Assembly (NCBI GenBank): GCA_026395955.1
Contig: JAPLXR010000007.1
Coordinates: 1,957-65,956, forward strand
Direction of reading: 5' to 3'
DNA from: Candidatus Nomurabacteria bacterium
GTDB taxonomy: Bacteria; Patescibacteriota; Minisyncoccia; Phycocordibacterales; UBA9973
DNA: 64,000 bases
Shown: positions 56,874-64,000 of the stretch, piece after piece
How positions within the stretch are numbered: position 1 is the stretch's first letter
Layout: every line of letters starts with the position of its first letter
Made by a program: the position numbers and the translations under genes
Notes under the pieces: generated by a model
The model's input: the letters and a program-made list of their open reading frames with translations, nothing else
What the model was told of the DNA's origin: nothing
Databases searched by the model: none

Positions 56874-57431
56874 TTATTTACCTCCTAGCCTTTTTAAGGC
56901 TTCTTTTATCTTTGTATTAGTATCGACAGCTGTGACATTTTTCAATGCATCACGAGCTTCATTTTGAGAATAGCCGAGAGATTTGAGTGCTTCGAGAGCG
57001 TCCATTTCTTCTTTTAATGTTCCACCTTCTTCTCCTTTAAATTTATCACGAAGTTCAATGACTATTTTTTCAGCAGTTTTTCTACCAATACCAGAAATTT
57101 TTGTGAGGTATGAAATATCATTTGTTCCGATTGCTTGGCGAAGTGTATCTATTGAAGCAATAGATAATATTCCGAGTGCTGACTTTGGTCCTATTCCTGA
57201 AACACTAATAAGCATTTCAAAAAATTCCAATTCACTCCTTTCAAGGAAGCCGTATAAGTCTAGTGCATCTTCGCGTACTATTGTATGAGTCCAAATGAAT
57301 ATATCAGTATTATTTTTGATTTTCATCATAGAATACAGTGGAATACTGATTTTATAACCAACCCCGTTTGTTTCCACGATGATGAATTTGTCTGTTTTTA
57401 GTATTGTTTTCCCTTTTATGCTTCCGATCAT
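56874..57431 (-). CDS. ruvA: Holliday junction DNA-binding protein RuvA
   Basis: MIGSIKG, GVGY, VREDALDLYGF, VSGIGPKSAL, GIGRKTAEKIVIEL, ALKSLGY. Confidence 0.96.
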   Translation of the reverse strand: MIGSIKGKTILKTDKFIIVETNGVGYKISIPLYSMMKIKNNTDIFIWTHTIVREDALDLYGFLERSELEFFEMLISVSGIGPKSALGILSIASIDTLRQAIGTNDISYLTKISGIGRKTAEKIVIELRDKFKGEEGGTLKEEMDALEALKSLGYSQNEARDALKNVTAVDTNTKIKEALKRLGGK

Positions 57432-57486
57432 GTGCTAAGTATAACATATTTGCGTTTTTTCTATATTTCTGTTATGTTATACGTAT

Positions 57487-57738
57487 ATGCCAATAACAAA
57501 ATCAGCTGAAAAAGCAATGCGTGGATCACTTCGAAAGAAGGGTATTAATGATCGTCGCAAAAGAGCTATGAAAGAAATAGTGAAAACTATGGATAAAGTA
57601 GTAAAAACTGATAAAAAAGGAGCATCAGAAATGCTCTCAAAAGCCTACCAAGCAATCGATAAGGCTGCTAAAAGAGGTGTTATCAAGAAAAATACTGCTG
57701 CTCGTAAAAAAGCTCGTCTTTCAAGACTCGTAAAATAA
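57487..57738 (+). CDS. rpsT: 30S ribosomal protein S20
   Basis: MPITKSAEKAMR...IDKAAKRGVIKKNTAARKKARL. Confidence 0.96.
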   Translation: MPITKSAEKAMRGSLRKKGINDRRKRAMKEIVKTMDKVVKTDKKGASEMLSKAYQAIDKAAKRGVIKKNTAARKKARLSRLVK

Positions 57739-57739
57739 A

Positions 57740-57834
57740 AAAACTCTTGTATTCCAGGTACGAAAATTTTTTGCTAAAAATTTTCTGAAGTTTCTCAGCC
57801 GTCGCTGAGAAAACCCCTTACATACAAGAGTTTT
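57740..57834. repeat. Palindromic element (family B), intergenic copy
   Basis: aaaactcttgtat/atacaagagtttt outer stem; reverse complement shares agcgacggc and a 25/27-nt hairpin with the rsmA insert. Confidence 0.85.
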
Positions 57835-57867
57835 CTTATTTTTATTTATTTACTGTATAATATATTT

Positions 57868-58149
57868 ATGAATCATTTATTAGAATTTTATGGAACTGAA
57901 TGTCCACACTGCATAGTTATGCATGATTTGGTGGAAAGATTAGAAAAAGAAGAAGGAATAAAAGTCGATATTTTTGAGGTTTGGCATAATGAGGAAAATG
58001 CTAAGAAATTAGAAGAGCTCGATAAAGACATGTGTGGAGGTGTTCCTTTTTTCTATAACACTCAAACAAAGAAATTTATTTGTGGAGATGCTAGTTATGA
58101 AATTTTAAAAGCTTGGGCAAAAGGAGAACCATTTACTCAAGAAGAATAA
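57868..58149 (+). CDS. Thioredoxin-like protein
   Basis: EFYGTECPHC, GGVPFF. Confidence 0.9.
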   Translation: MNHLLEFYGTECPHCIVMHDLVERLEKEEGIKVDIFEVWHNEENAKKLEELDKDMCGGVPFFYNTQTKKFICGDASYEILKAWAKGEPFTQEE

Positions 58150-58191
58150 TTTCTCTTTCTATTTGTCGAAAAATAAGCTAGTATAGGGTTT

Positions 58192-59667
58192 ATGTCAACA
58201 GAAACTATAGTTAGATTTGATCAAGTGTCTTTTGAACACAGTGTGAACAAACCAATCCTCGAAGAGGTGTCTTTTTCTATTCGTCGTGGTTCAAAATTCA
58301 CTTTGATGGGACAAAATGGCGCAGGGAAGAGTACTATATTTTCACTTATCACCGGAGAGAAGAAACCAGAAGATGGAATTATAAATATTGTTAAAGGTGT
58401 CACTATCGCTATTTCTCGCCAGGTTATTCCTCGTGCTGACCTCGAGCTCACTGTACGAGAATTCTTCCAGAAAAGTTTTAAAGAAAAGATTTATGATATT
58501 GATGTAAAAATCGATGATGTATTAGAAGTTGTGAATTTGAAAGGTCATGAAAAAGTTCACGACAGAGTTTTGAAAACTTTCTCAGGCGGACAACAAGCAC
58601 GCCTCCTCCTCGCTTCTGCTCTTATCCAAAATCCAGATATTTTACTTCTCGATGAGCCGACAAATAATTTGGATAAAGGCGGTATCGCGCACCTCACAGA
58701 ATTTCTAAAAAATTATAAAAAGACTGTGATAGTTATTTCTCACGATGCAGAATTCTTGAATGCTTTCACTGAAGGAGTTTTTTACCTTGATGTTCATACT
58801 CGTAAAGTGGAACAATATGTCGGTAACTATTTCAACGTGGTAAAAGATATCAAAGCCAGAGTAGAAAGAGAAAATATGAAGAATGCCCAACTTCAAAAAA
58901 CTATTCAAGCAAAGAAAGACCAGGCTAATGTCTTCGCCCATAAAGGAGGACGTCTACGTCTCGTTGCTCGTCGTATGCGTGAACTGGCTGAAGATTTAGA
59001 AGAAGATATAGTGGATGTTCGTAAAGAAGACAAAGCTATTCGTCCATTTATTATTCCTGCACAGCAAGACATGATCGGAGAAATAATAAATATTTCTGCA
59101 TACACTACACTAAATCCAAAGACTCACAAAATCGTAAAACATACTGCGCATGTTTCTCTAAATAAAAATAAACATTTACTTTTGAAAGGTCCAAATGGAA
59201 TTGGAAAAAGTACATTGCTCGAAGCCCTTGCTTCAGGTAAAGCTCCAGGTGTGACTATAAAAGAGGGAACACGCGTCGGATATTATCGCCAAGATTTTTC
59301 TACTTTGAATTTCGATCATACTGTTTACGAATCTCTCGCTTCTGCGATGGCTATCGGTGGAGAAAAATTAGACGAAGAGAGAATGCGCTCTATCGCTGCT
59401 TCTTTCCAAATTACTGGAGAATTTATTCGCACAAAGATTGGAAGTCTTTCTGAGGGACAAAAAGGTCTCGTCGCTTTTGCTCGTCTCGTAATGGAAAAAC
59501 CAGGGCTACTCATCCTCGACGAGCCGACAAACCATATCAACTTCCGTCATTTGCCTGTAATTGCAAAAGCTCTCGATGAATACAAAGGCGCGATGATCCT
59601 CGTATCTCACGTGCAAGAATTCGTAGACCAAATTCGCATTGATGAAATACTTGATTTAGAAAAATAA
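58192..59667 (+). CDS. ABC-F family ATP-binding protein
   Basis: Two ABC domains (GQNGAGKST, FSGGQQAR, LLDEPTNNLD; GPNGIGKST, LSEGQK, ILDEPTNH), no TM segments. Confidence 0.93.
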   Translation: MSTETIVRFDQVSFEHSVNKPILEEVSFSIRRGSKFTLMGQNGAGKSTIFSLITGEKKPEDGIINIVKGVTIAISRQVIPRADLELTVREFFQKSFKEKIYDIDVKIDDVLEVVNLKGHEKVHDRVLKTFSGGQQARLLLASALIQNPDILLLDEPTNNLDKGGIAHLTEFLKNYKKTVIVISHDAEFLNAFTEGVFYLDVHTRKVEQYVGNYFNVVKDIKARVERENMKNAQLQKTIQAKKDQANVFAHKGGRLRLVARRMRELAEDLEEDIVDVRKEDKAIRPFIIPAQQDMIGEIINISAYTTLNPKTHKIVKHTAHVSLNKNKHLLLKGPNGIGKSTLLEALASGKAPGVTIKEGTRVGYYRQDFSTLNFDHTVYESLASAMAIGGEKLDEERMRSIAASFQITGEFIRTKIGSLSEGQKGLVAFARLVMEKPGLLILDEPTNHINFRHLPVIAKALDEYKGAMILVSHVQEFVDQIRIDEILDLEK

Positions 59668-59729
59668 ATACAACCCCTAACCCCTTATCAGGGGAATAAA
59701 TGCTTATAAAACAAGCTTATTTTTATACC

Positions 59730-59848
59730 TTGACTTTTTATTAAAATAAGTGTATACTTATATAATAAATTTGCCCTTTGAAATTTTGGGTTTTATTGGT
59801 TACTACAGTAGGTTTAAGCCTTTTGTCGTAACCAATTAAATCTAGATT
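59730..59848 (+). promoter_or_regulatory. Promoter + boxA-like motif + leader hairpin
   Basis: TTGACT-17-TATACT; TGCCCTTTGAAA at 59772; attggttac/gtaaccaat stem within 59782-59848. Confidence 0.6.
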
Positions 59849-59850
59849 AT

Positions 59851-60513
59851 ATGAATAATAAATTTAAGTCAGTAGAACAATTAAACAATTGGCTACTTGA
59901 AAATAAAGTTTTTAGCTTTTCTTCACAACCAAAAAAGCTTAGAAAAATTTCTATTTTATTGCATTCACTTGCAGGTAGAGATTTCAATCCTGCTCATATT
60001 GTTTCCAGTTTTGCTGATAAATCAATATTTAAAGGCATTGTGTCGCACGGAATTGAAATACTTTCACGTGCAGAAGGTTACTTTGTGCAAATGATTCAAT
60101 TTGAGAAATCGGTTGAGATTATTGCACTTGGTTTTGAGTCAGTACATTATTATAAACCTTTGCGTTTAGGTAGCGTATATCATTATAAATTTGAGATATC
60201 AAATTTAAGACAAGTTAAAGGCCGTTGGGATTTTGATTGTCAGGTACGTTGCGTAGTAGGTGATAAAATTGTAGCTGAGTGGTTGTGGAAAGCTTCTTTC
60301 GTAGAACATTTGGAGTTATCGCAGGAAATGAAAAAAGTTCTCAAACCAAAAAGTTATTTTTGGAATGTTGTGAATAATTTTTTTATTAATCCTTTAAGTA
60401 ATTCTTTTTTGTTTGTGATAGGCGTAGTAGTTCTCTTGAGCCCTGTCTTTATGATTTTAGGGAACATAGGAATTCTTCCACAAAGTAGCGTTGATTTTAG
60501 TTATTGTTTTTGA
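59851..60513 (+). CDS. MaoC/hot-dog-fold protein with C-terminal TM helix
   Basis: AGRDFNPAH...FA..SIFKGIVSHG, ESVHYYKPLRLG. Confidence 0.7.
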   Translation: MNNKFKSVEQLNNWLLENKVFSFSSQPKKLRKISILLHSLAGRDFNPAHIVSSFADKSIFKGIVSHGIEILSRAEGYFVQMIQFEKSVEIIALGFESVHYYKPLRLGSVYHYKFEISNLRQVKGRWDFDCQVRCVVGDKIVAEWLWKASFVEHLELSQEMKKVLKPKSYFWNVVNNFFINPLSNSFLFVIGVVVLLSPVFMILGNIGILPQSSVDFSYCF

Positions 60514-60634
60514 TTATTTAAGGGCCACTATATTTTTGTAGTGGTCTTTTTTATTTTAAGACTAATTATAAAAAGTTTTTAAGTTCGGTCTTAGTATTTT
60601 GAATAAAAATAATTTTAGTCTATAATAGTTTTCT

Positions 60635-61855
60635 ATGCCAAAGAAGACTTGGTTTTTATTTTTAACTATTTTAATAGATATGATCGGTATCGGAGTTTTG
60701 ATACCTGTTATTCCACAATTACTCGGTGAACCTAATTCTCCGGCTTTTTTGCTTGCTCAAAATCAGCAACATCTCGGTTTTATTTTATTAGGATTTTTGT
60801 CTGCGATATATCCTATAGCAATGTTTTTCGCTTCACCGATACTCGGTAGTCTTTCTGACAAATACGGTCGTCGTCCAGTATTACTTATTTCTATTTTAGG
60901 GACTTCAATCGGATATTTTCTTTTTGCTTATGCAATTATGACAAAAAATATCCCGCTTCTTTTTTTCTCTAGACTAATAGATGGTCTTACAGGAGGAAAT
61001 ATAGCTACTGTTCAAGCTTCTATCACAGATCAAGTTAAACCAGAAAATCGTGCCAAAGCTTTTGGTTTGATGGGTGCTTCATTTGGTTTAGGTTTTATAC
61101 TTGGTCCATTTATTGGAGGCAAACTCGCTGACCCAAGTCTTGTTTCATGGTTTGGGGCTTCGGTACCATTTATTTTTGCTGGCTTATTGGCATTAGTAAA
61201 TCTAATTTCAATTTATTTTTTCTTTACTGAAACAAATGAACATATCGATAATACTAGAAAAATTGATTTTTTTGGATCTGTCGGTAATTTAGTAAAAGCA
61301 AAAAAACTTATAGAAATAAGACATTTACTTTTGGTCTCTTTTTTATTTAATGCTGGCTTTGCTTTCTTTACTTCTTTTTTTAATGTCTATTTAACAACAA
61401 AATTTCACTATAGTGTAGGACAAATAGGAACTTTCTTTGGTTATATTGGTGTGTGTGTAATATTTACACAGCTAGTTATAATTCGTTTAGTTTCAAAGAA
61501 ATATAGTAATATTTCTTTATTACGTTTCGCATATCCTGCTACTGGTATCGCACTACTTCTTTATTTATTACCGACACATTCTTGGTGGATTTATGTTATT
61601 GCTTTAATTTTTGCTATTCCAAATGGCTTGCAACAAGCTAATTTCTCAGCTCTCTTAACTCATAGAATTGATCCAAAACAAAGAGGAGAGATACTAGGTA
61701 TCAACGCTTCTGTGAATTCTCTAGGACAAGCTGTACCTCCACTTTTAGCAGGGTTGATCGCTGTTATTTTTGCTCCTTGGGCACCTATATTAATAGCTGG
61801 AATATTTATTATTTTAGCTGGAGTAGTTTTTAGATTTACTGAGAAGAAAGTTTAA
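60635..61855 (+). CDS. MFS transporter (TetA/DHA1-like)
   Basis: LIDMIGIGVLIPVIP, GSLSDKYGRRPVLL, SRLIDGLTGGN, GLGFILGP. Confidence 0.93.
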   Translation: MPKKTWFLFLTILIDMIGIGVLIPVIPQLLGEPNSPAFLLAQNQQHLGFILLGFLSAIYPIAMFFASPILGSLSDKYGRRPVLLISILGTSIGYFLFAYAIMTKNIPLLFFSRLIDGLTGGNIATVQASITDQVKPENRAKAFGLMGASFGLGFILGPFIGGKLADPSLVSWFGASVPFIFAGLLALVNLISIYFFFTETNEHIDNTRKIDFFGSVGNLVKAKKLIEIRHLLLVSFLFNAGFAFFTSFFNVYLTTKFHYSVGQIGTFFGYIGVCVIFTQLVIIRLVSKKYSNISLLRFAYPATGIALLLYLLPTHSWWIYVIALIFAIPNGLQQANFSALLTHRIDPKQRGEILGINASVNSLGQAVPPLLAGLIAVIFAPWAPILIAGIFIILAGVVFRFTEKKV

Positions 61856-61856
61856 T

Positions 61857-62558
61857 TTATTTTAAAACTAATTCTAAAAAGTTTTTGAGTTCAGGACCTT
61901 CGATTTTACGAACTTCGTTGTCGCGGATAGATCCTAGACGGATGTTCATAATACGGACGCGTTTGAGATCTGCAACTTCTTGAAACAAAGCACTACACAT
62001 TCTACGAATTTGGTGTTTCTTGCCTTCTGTTAGAGTAATACGGAAAGTATTTTCATCGATTATTTTTACAATACATTTTTTAGTTTTATAATCATCGATA
62101 TTTACACCAGCTTCCATTTTAGCTTTGAAGCTCGTTCGCAATTTATTTAAAGTTTTAACGACGTATTCTTTTTCGTGTATATATTTTGGATTTAAAAGTT
62201 TATCAGTTATTCTGCCGTCATTGGTAAGGATGATGAGCCCATGACTTGCTTTGTCGAGTCTGCCGATAGGGAAGACATCACTCGGTAAATTCTTGCCCTT
62301 GATTTTTTCTTTGATATCTACTTCTTCGTCCGATGGTGAGTGGGTTATAGTACCGATAGGTTTGTTGTAAGCATAATACACATAAGATTTTGAAATCTCT
62401 TTTTTATCTCCTTTGAGTTCGACTTTGTCGGTTTCTTCTACTTGGTCACCGAGTTTAGCTTTCTTGCCATTAATAAAAACCAAACCTTTTTCTATGAGTC
62501 CGTCTGCTCCTCTTCTAGTTGAGAAGTTATGTAATGCTAGGTATTTGTTTATTCTCAT
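61857..62558 (-). CDS. rRNA pseudouridine synthase (RsuA/RluB/RluF family)
   Basis: MRINKYLA..SRR S4 domain, GRLDKASHGL, EGKKHQIRRM; start moved to 62558 because the track's extension overlaps a tRNA. Confidence 0.93.
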   Translation of the reverse strand: MRINKYLALHNFSTRRGADGLIEKGLVFINGKKAKLGDQVEETDKVELKGDKKEISKSYVYYAYNKPIGTITHSPSDEEVDIKEKIKGKNLPSDVFPIGRLDKASHGLIILTNDGRITDKLLNPKYIHEKEYVVKTLNKLRTSFKAKMEAGVNIDDYKTKKCIVKIIDENTFRITLTEGKKHQIRRMCSALFQEVADLKRVRIMNIRLGSIRDNEVRKIEGPELKNFLELVLK

Positions 62559-62559
62559 G

Positions 62560-62631
62560 TGCTCTCGGTAGGAATCGAACCTACATCGCAACTTCCGCAA
62601 AGTTGCGTCCTATCCATTGAACGACGAGAGC
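62560..62631 (-). tRNA. tRNA-Arg(GCG), CCA not encoded
   Basis: Reverse complement gctctcg...caact-ttGCGga-agttg...ggttcgattcc...cgagagc-a. Confidence 0.9.
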
Positions 62632-62683
62632 AATATTGTTAGATTAACAGTTTTCTTCAAAAAAGTCCAAATTTTAGTTAAAT

Positions 62684-63139
62684 TTAAAGGTCGAGTCTTT
62701 CTACTATTTTTTCTGAATAATGTTCCTTCATTTCTTCTTCTGGAACATTATTTTCAATAAAAAACTCTTTTACATTTTCAGGATAGACATTGTCTAGATA
62801 AGTCACTATTACTGGCAAAAAAATTCTCTTTGTTTTTATAAATAATGCTGGAGTATGTTCTGTTCTTACAAAGAAAGATTGTATATCTTTGTAAAGATAC
62901 ATTTTGTCTTTTATTTTTAAACCTTTATCACTTAGTTCGTGTGTTATTAGTTGTGGTTTTCTAACTGCGAAAAATCCGAGAGACACACCTCCTAGCACTA
63001 ATAATATTGCAAAAAAAGCATCACCTAAAATTATAGCAGTTATACTACCAGCTACGACGATAATACCGAGAGCCCAAAACCAATCTGGACTTCTTTTTTT
63101 TTCTTCATACTCAAAAGCAGACCAAGAAATATTATTCAT
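62684..63139 (-). CDS. Hypothetical membrane protein (two TM + PH-like domain)
   Basis: ISWSAFEY..K.RSPDWFW, two TM helices, YLYKDIQSF. Confidence 0.8.
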   Translation of the reverse strand: MNNISWSAFEYEEKKRSPDWFWALGIIVVAGSITAIILGDAFFAILLVLGGVSLGFFAVRKPQLITHELSDKGLKIKDKMYLYKDIQSFFVRTEHTPALFIKTKRIFLPVIVTYLDNVYPENVKEFFIENNVPEEEMKEHYSEKIVERLDL

Positions 63140-63174
63140 ATTTTAATTGTATCAAATGAAACAATAAAACAAAA

Positions 63175-63204
63175 GAAAAATCCCCTATCAATAGGGGATT
63201 TTTC
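63175..63204 (-). terminator. Terminator downstream of tRNA-Ser
   Basis: gaaaaatcccctat-ca-ataggggatttttc. Confidence 0.75.
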
Positions 63205-63208
63205 TTTT

Positions 63209-63298
63209 TGGCGGAGGCGGTGAGATTCGAACTCACGGACCCCGTAAAGAGTCTCTTGTTTTCAAGACAAGTGCCTTCAACCACTCAGCCACGCCTCC
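63209..63298 (-). tRNA. tRNA-Ser(UGA), CCA encoded
   Basis: ggaggcg/cgcctcc acceptor, cttgt-ctTGAaa-acaag, long variable arm, G discriminator + CCA. Confidence 0.93.
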
Positions 63299-63339
63299 AC
63301 AAGAGAGTTTACTTCATTTTGCTTTTTTTCTCAAGTTTT

Positions 63340-63573
63340 CTACTTTATTTTAAGTCCACTTTTGAAAGCACTTTTTACATCACTCCAATTCTTTTTTGAA
63401 ACATGAAATATATAGATCATGTCTAAAATTCCAACAGTATTTAAAACCACTAGAGCTATAAACCATTTCTTGTTGTTATTTTTTGCTGCTGTCCATGTAG
63501 AGTAGCATTTCCAAAAAATACTCCAAACTAAAACTATCATAAATAATATATTTGTGTTGATATCTGTATTCAT
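63340..63573 (-). CDS. Small membrane protein (DUF5652-like)
   Basis: WSIFWK...W.AAKN..K.WF...LNTVGILDMIYIF; family name from memory. Confidence 0.8.
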   Translation of the reverse strand: MNTDINTNILFMIVLVWSIFWKCYSTWTAAKNNNKKWFIALVVLNTVGILDMIYIFHVSKKNWSDVKSAFKSGLKIK

Positions 63574-63618
63574 ATCTTGATAATATCAGGAAAATGTTTT
63601 TTATGCTAATATACGGAT

Positions 63619-64000
63619 ATGAGATTTTTAAGTATAGATTTTGGTATGAAAAGGATAGGCATAGCTATTTCAGACGAGGGTGGAACATTGGCTTTTCCTA
63701 AAGAGATTATTTTGAACACCAAGGACAATAAGGTTTTAGATCGGATTGGTGAGATTATAAAAATAGAAAATGTTTCAGAAATAGTTATCGGTGAGTCTGT
63801 AGATTTTTCTGGAAGATTAAATATGCTAATGTCTCATATAGAACTTTTTATTACAGATTTAGAAAATGCTTTTCATTTACCTGTACATAGACAAAAAGAA
63901 TTTTTAACTTCTGTCGAAGCTCGGAGATCAAAAACTGGTAAAAAAGATATGAGCCCTTCTCAAGCACACAGTAAATTAAAAGATACAAAAGCAGGTAGGG
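63619..64000 (+). CDS. yqgF: YqgF/RuvX pre-16S rRNA nuclease (truncated by window end)
   Basis: MRFLSIDFGMKRIGIAISDE...IVIGES...EFLTSVEA. Confidence 0.9.
   Translation, partial: MRFLSIDFGMKRIGIAISDEGGTLAFPKEIILNTKDNKVLDRIGEIIKIENVSEIVIGESVDFSGRLNMLMSHIELFITDLENAFHLPVHRQKEFLTSVEARRSKTGKKDMSPSQAHSKLKDTKAGR

Noticed and set aside
44497-57431. ruvA separated by about 10 kb from ruvB/ruvC
   Set aside because: Split ruv operons are common; no functional signal.
59673-59696. acccctaaccccttatcagggg after the ABC-F gene as a family C repeat
   Set aside because: Too short and divergent to assign.
60511-60513. Alternative genetic code (UGA recoding as in Gracilibacteria)
   Set aside because: Conserved genes translate full length under code 11, and a TGA stop here is followed by a terminator-like hairpin.
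62559-62600. N-terminal extension of the pseudouridine synthase in the ORF track
   Set aside because: It lies inside tRNA-Arg; the family-typical start MRINKYL is at 62558.
63208-63399. 63-aa + strand ORF (MAEAVRFELT...)
   Set aside because: Typical spurious translation of the antisense strand of tRNA-Ser.
1-64000. CRISPR array, integrase, transposase, reverse transcriptase or prophage genes
   Set aside because: No regularly spaced direct repeats and no such protein motifs were seen; the repeats found are dispersed palindromes.

Overview
AT-rich bacterial chromosome segment whose gene content and style point to a Patescibacteria/CPR (Parcubacteria-like) genome (inference). It spans the replication origin region (jag-yidC-yidD-rnpA-rpmH / dnaA-oriC-dnaN). 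Left of the origin lie pnp, a ComM/YifB ATPase, a LysM/M23 peptidase, a 1435-aa DHH-like giant protein, pcrA, rsmA and an ~18 kb CPR-type type IV secretion-like locus (surface proteins, VirB6-, PrgI-, VirB4-like genes, a pilin-NlpC/P60 fusion). Right of it lie housekeeping genes (pbp1A, tyrS, ruvABC, pilB, polA, mutM, rpsT, ABC-F, MFS) and three tRNAs. The most striking unexplained signal is a set of ~80-100-nt palindromic elements inserted in frame into pcrA, rsmA and polA (plus a short one in ruvB), two of which have recognisable free intergenic relatives in this window. Other unexplained signals: a ~390-nt highly structured orphan RNA with its own promoter and terminator (46.7-47.1 kb), ORFan genes with promoter + boxA-like motif + long hairpin leaders, a G-quadruplex-capable REP-like repeat, and an unannotated very acidic 46-aa protein downstream of an oriC-like DnaA box. 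All calls were made by eye; no database searches or folding programs were run.
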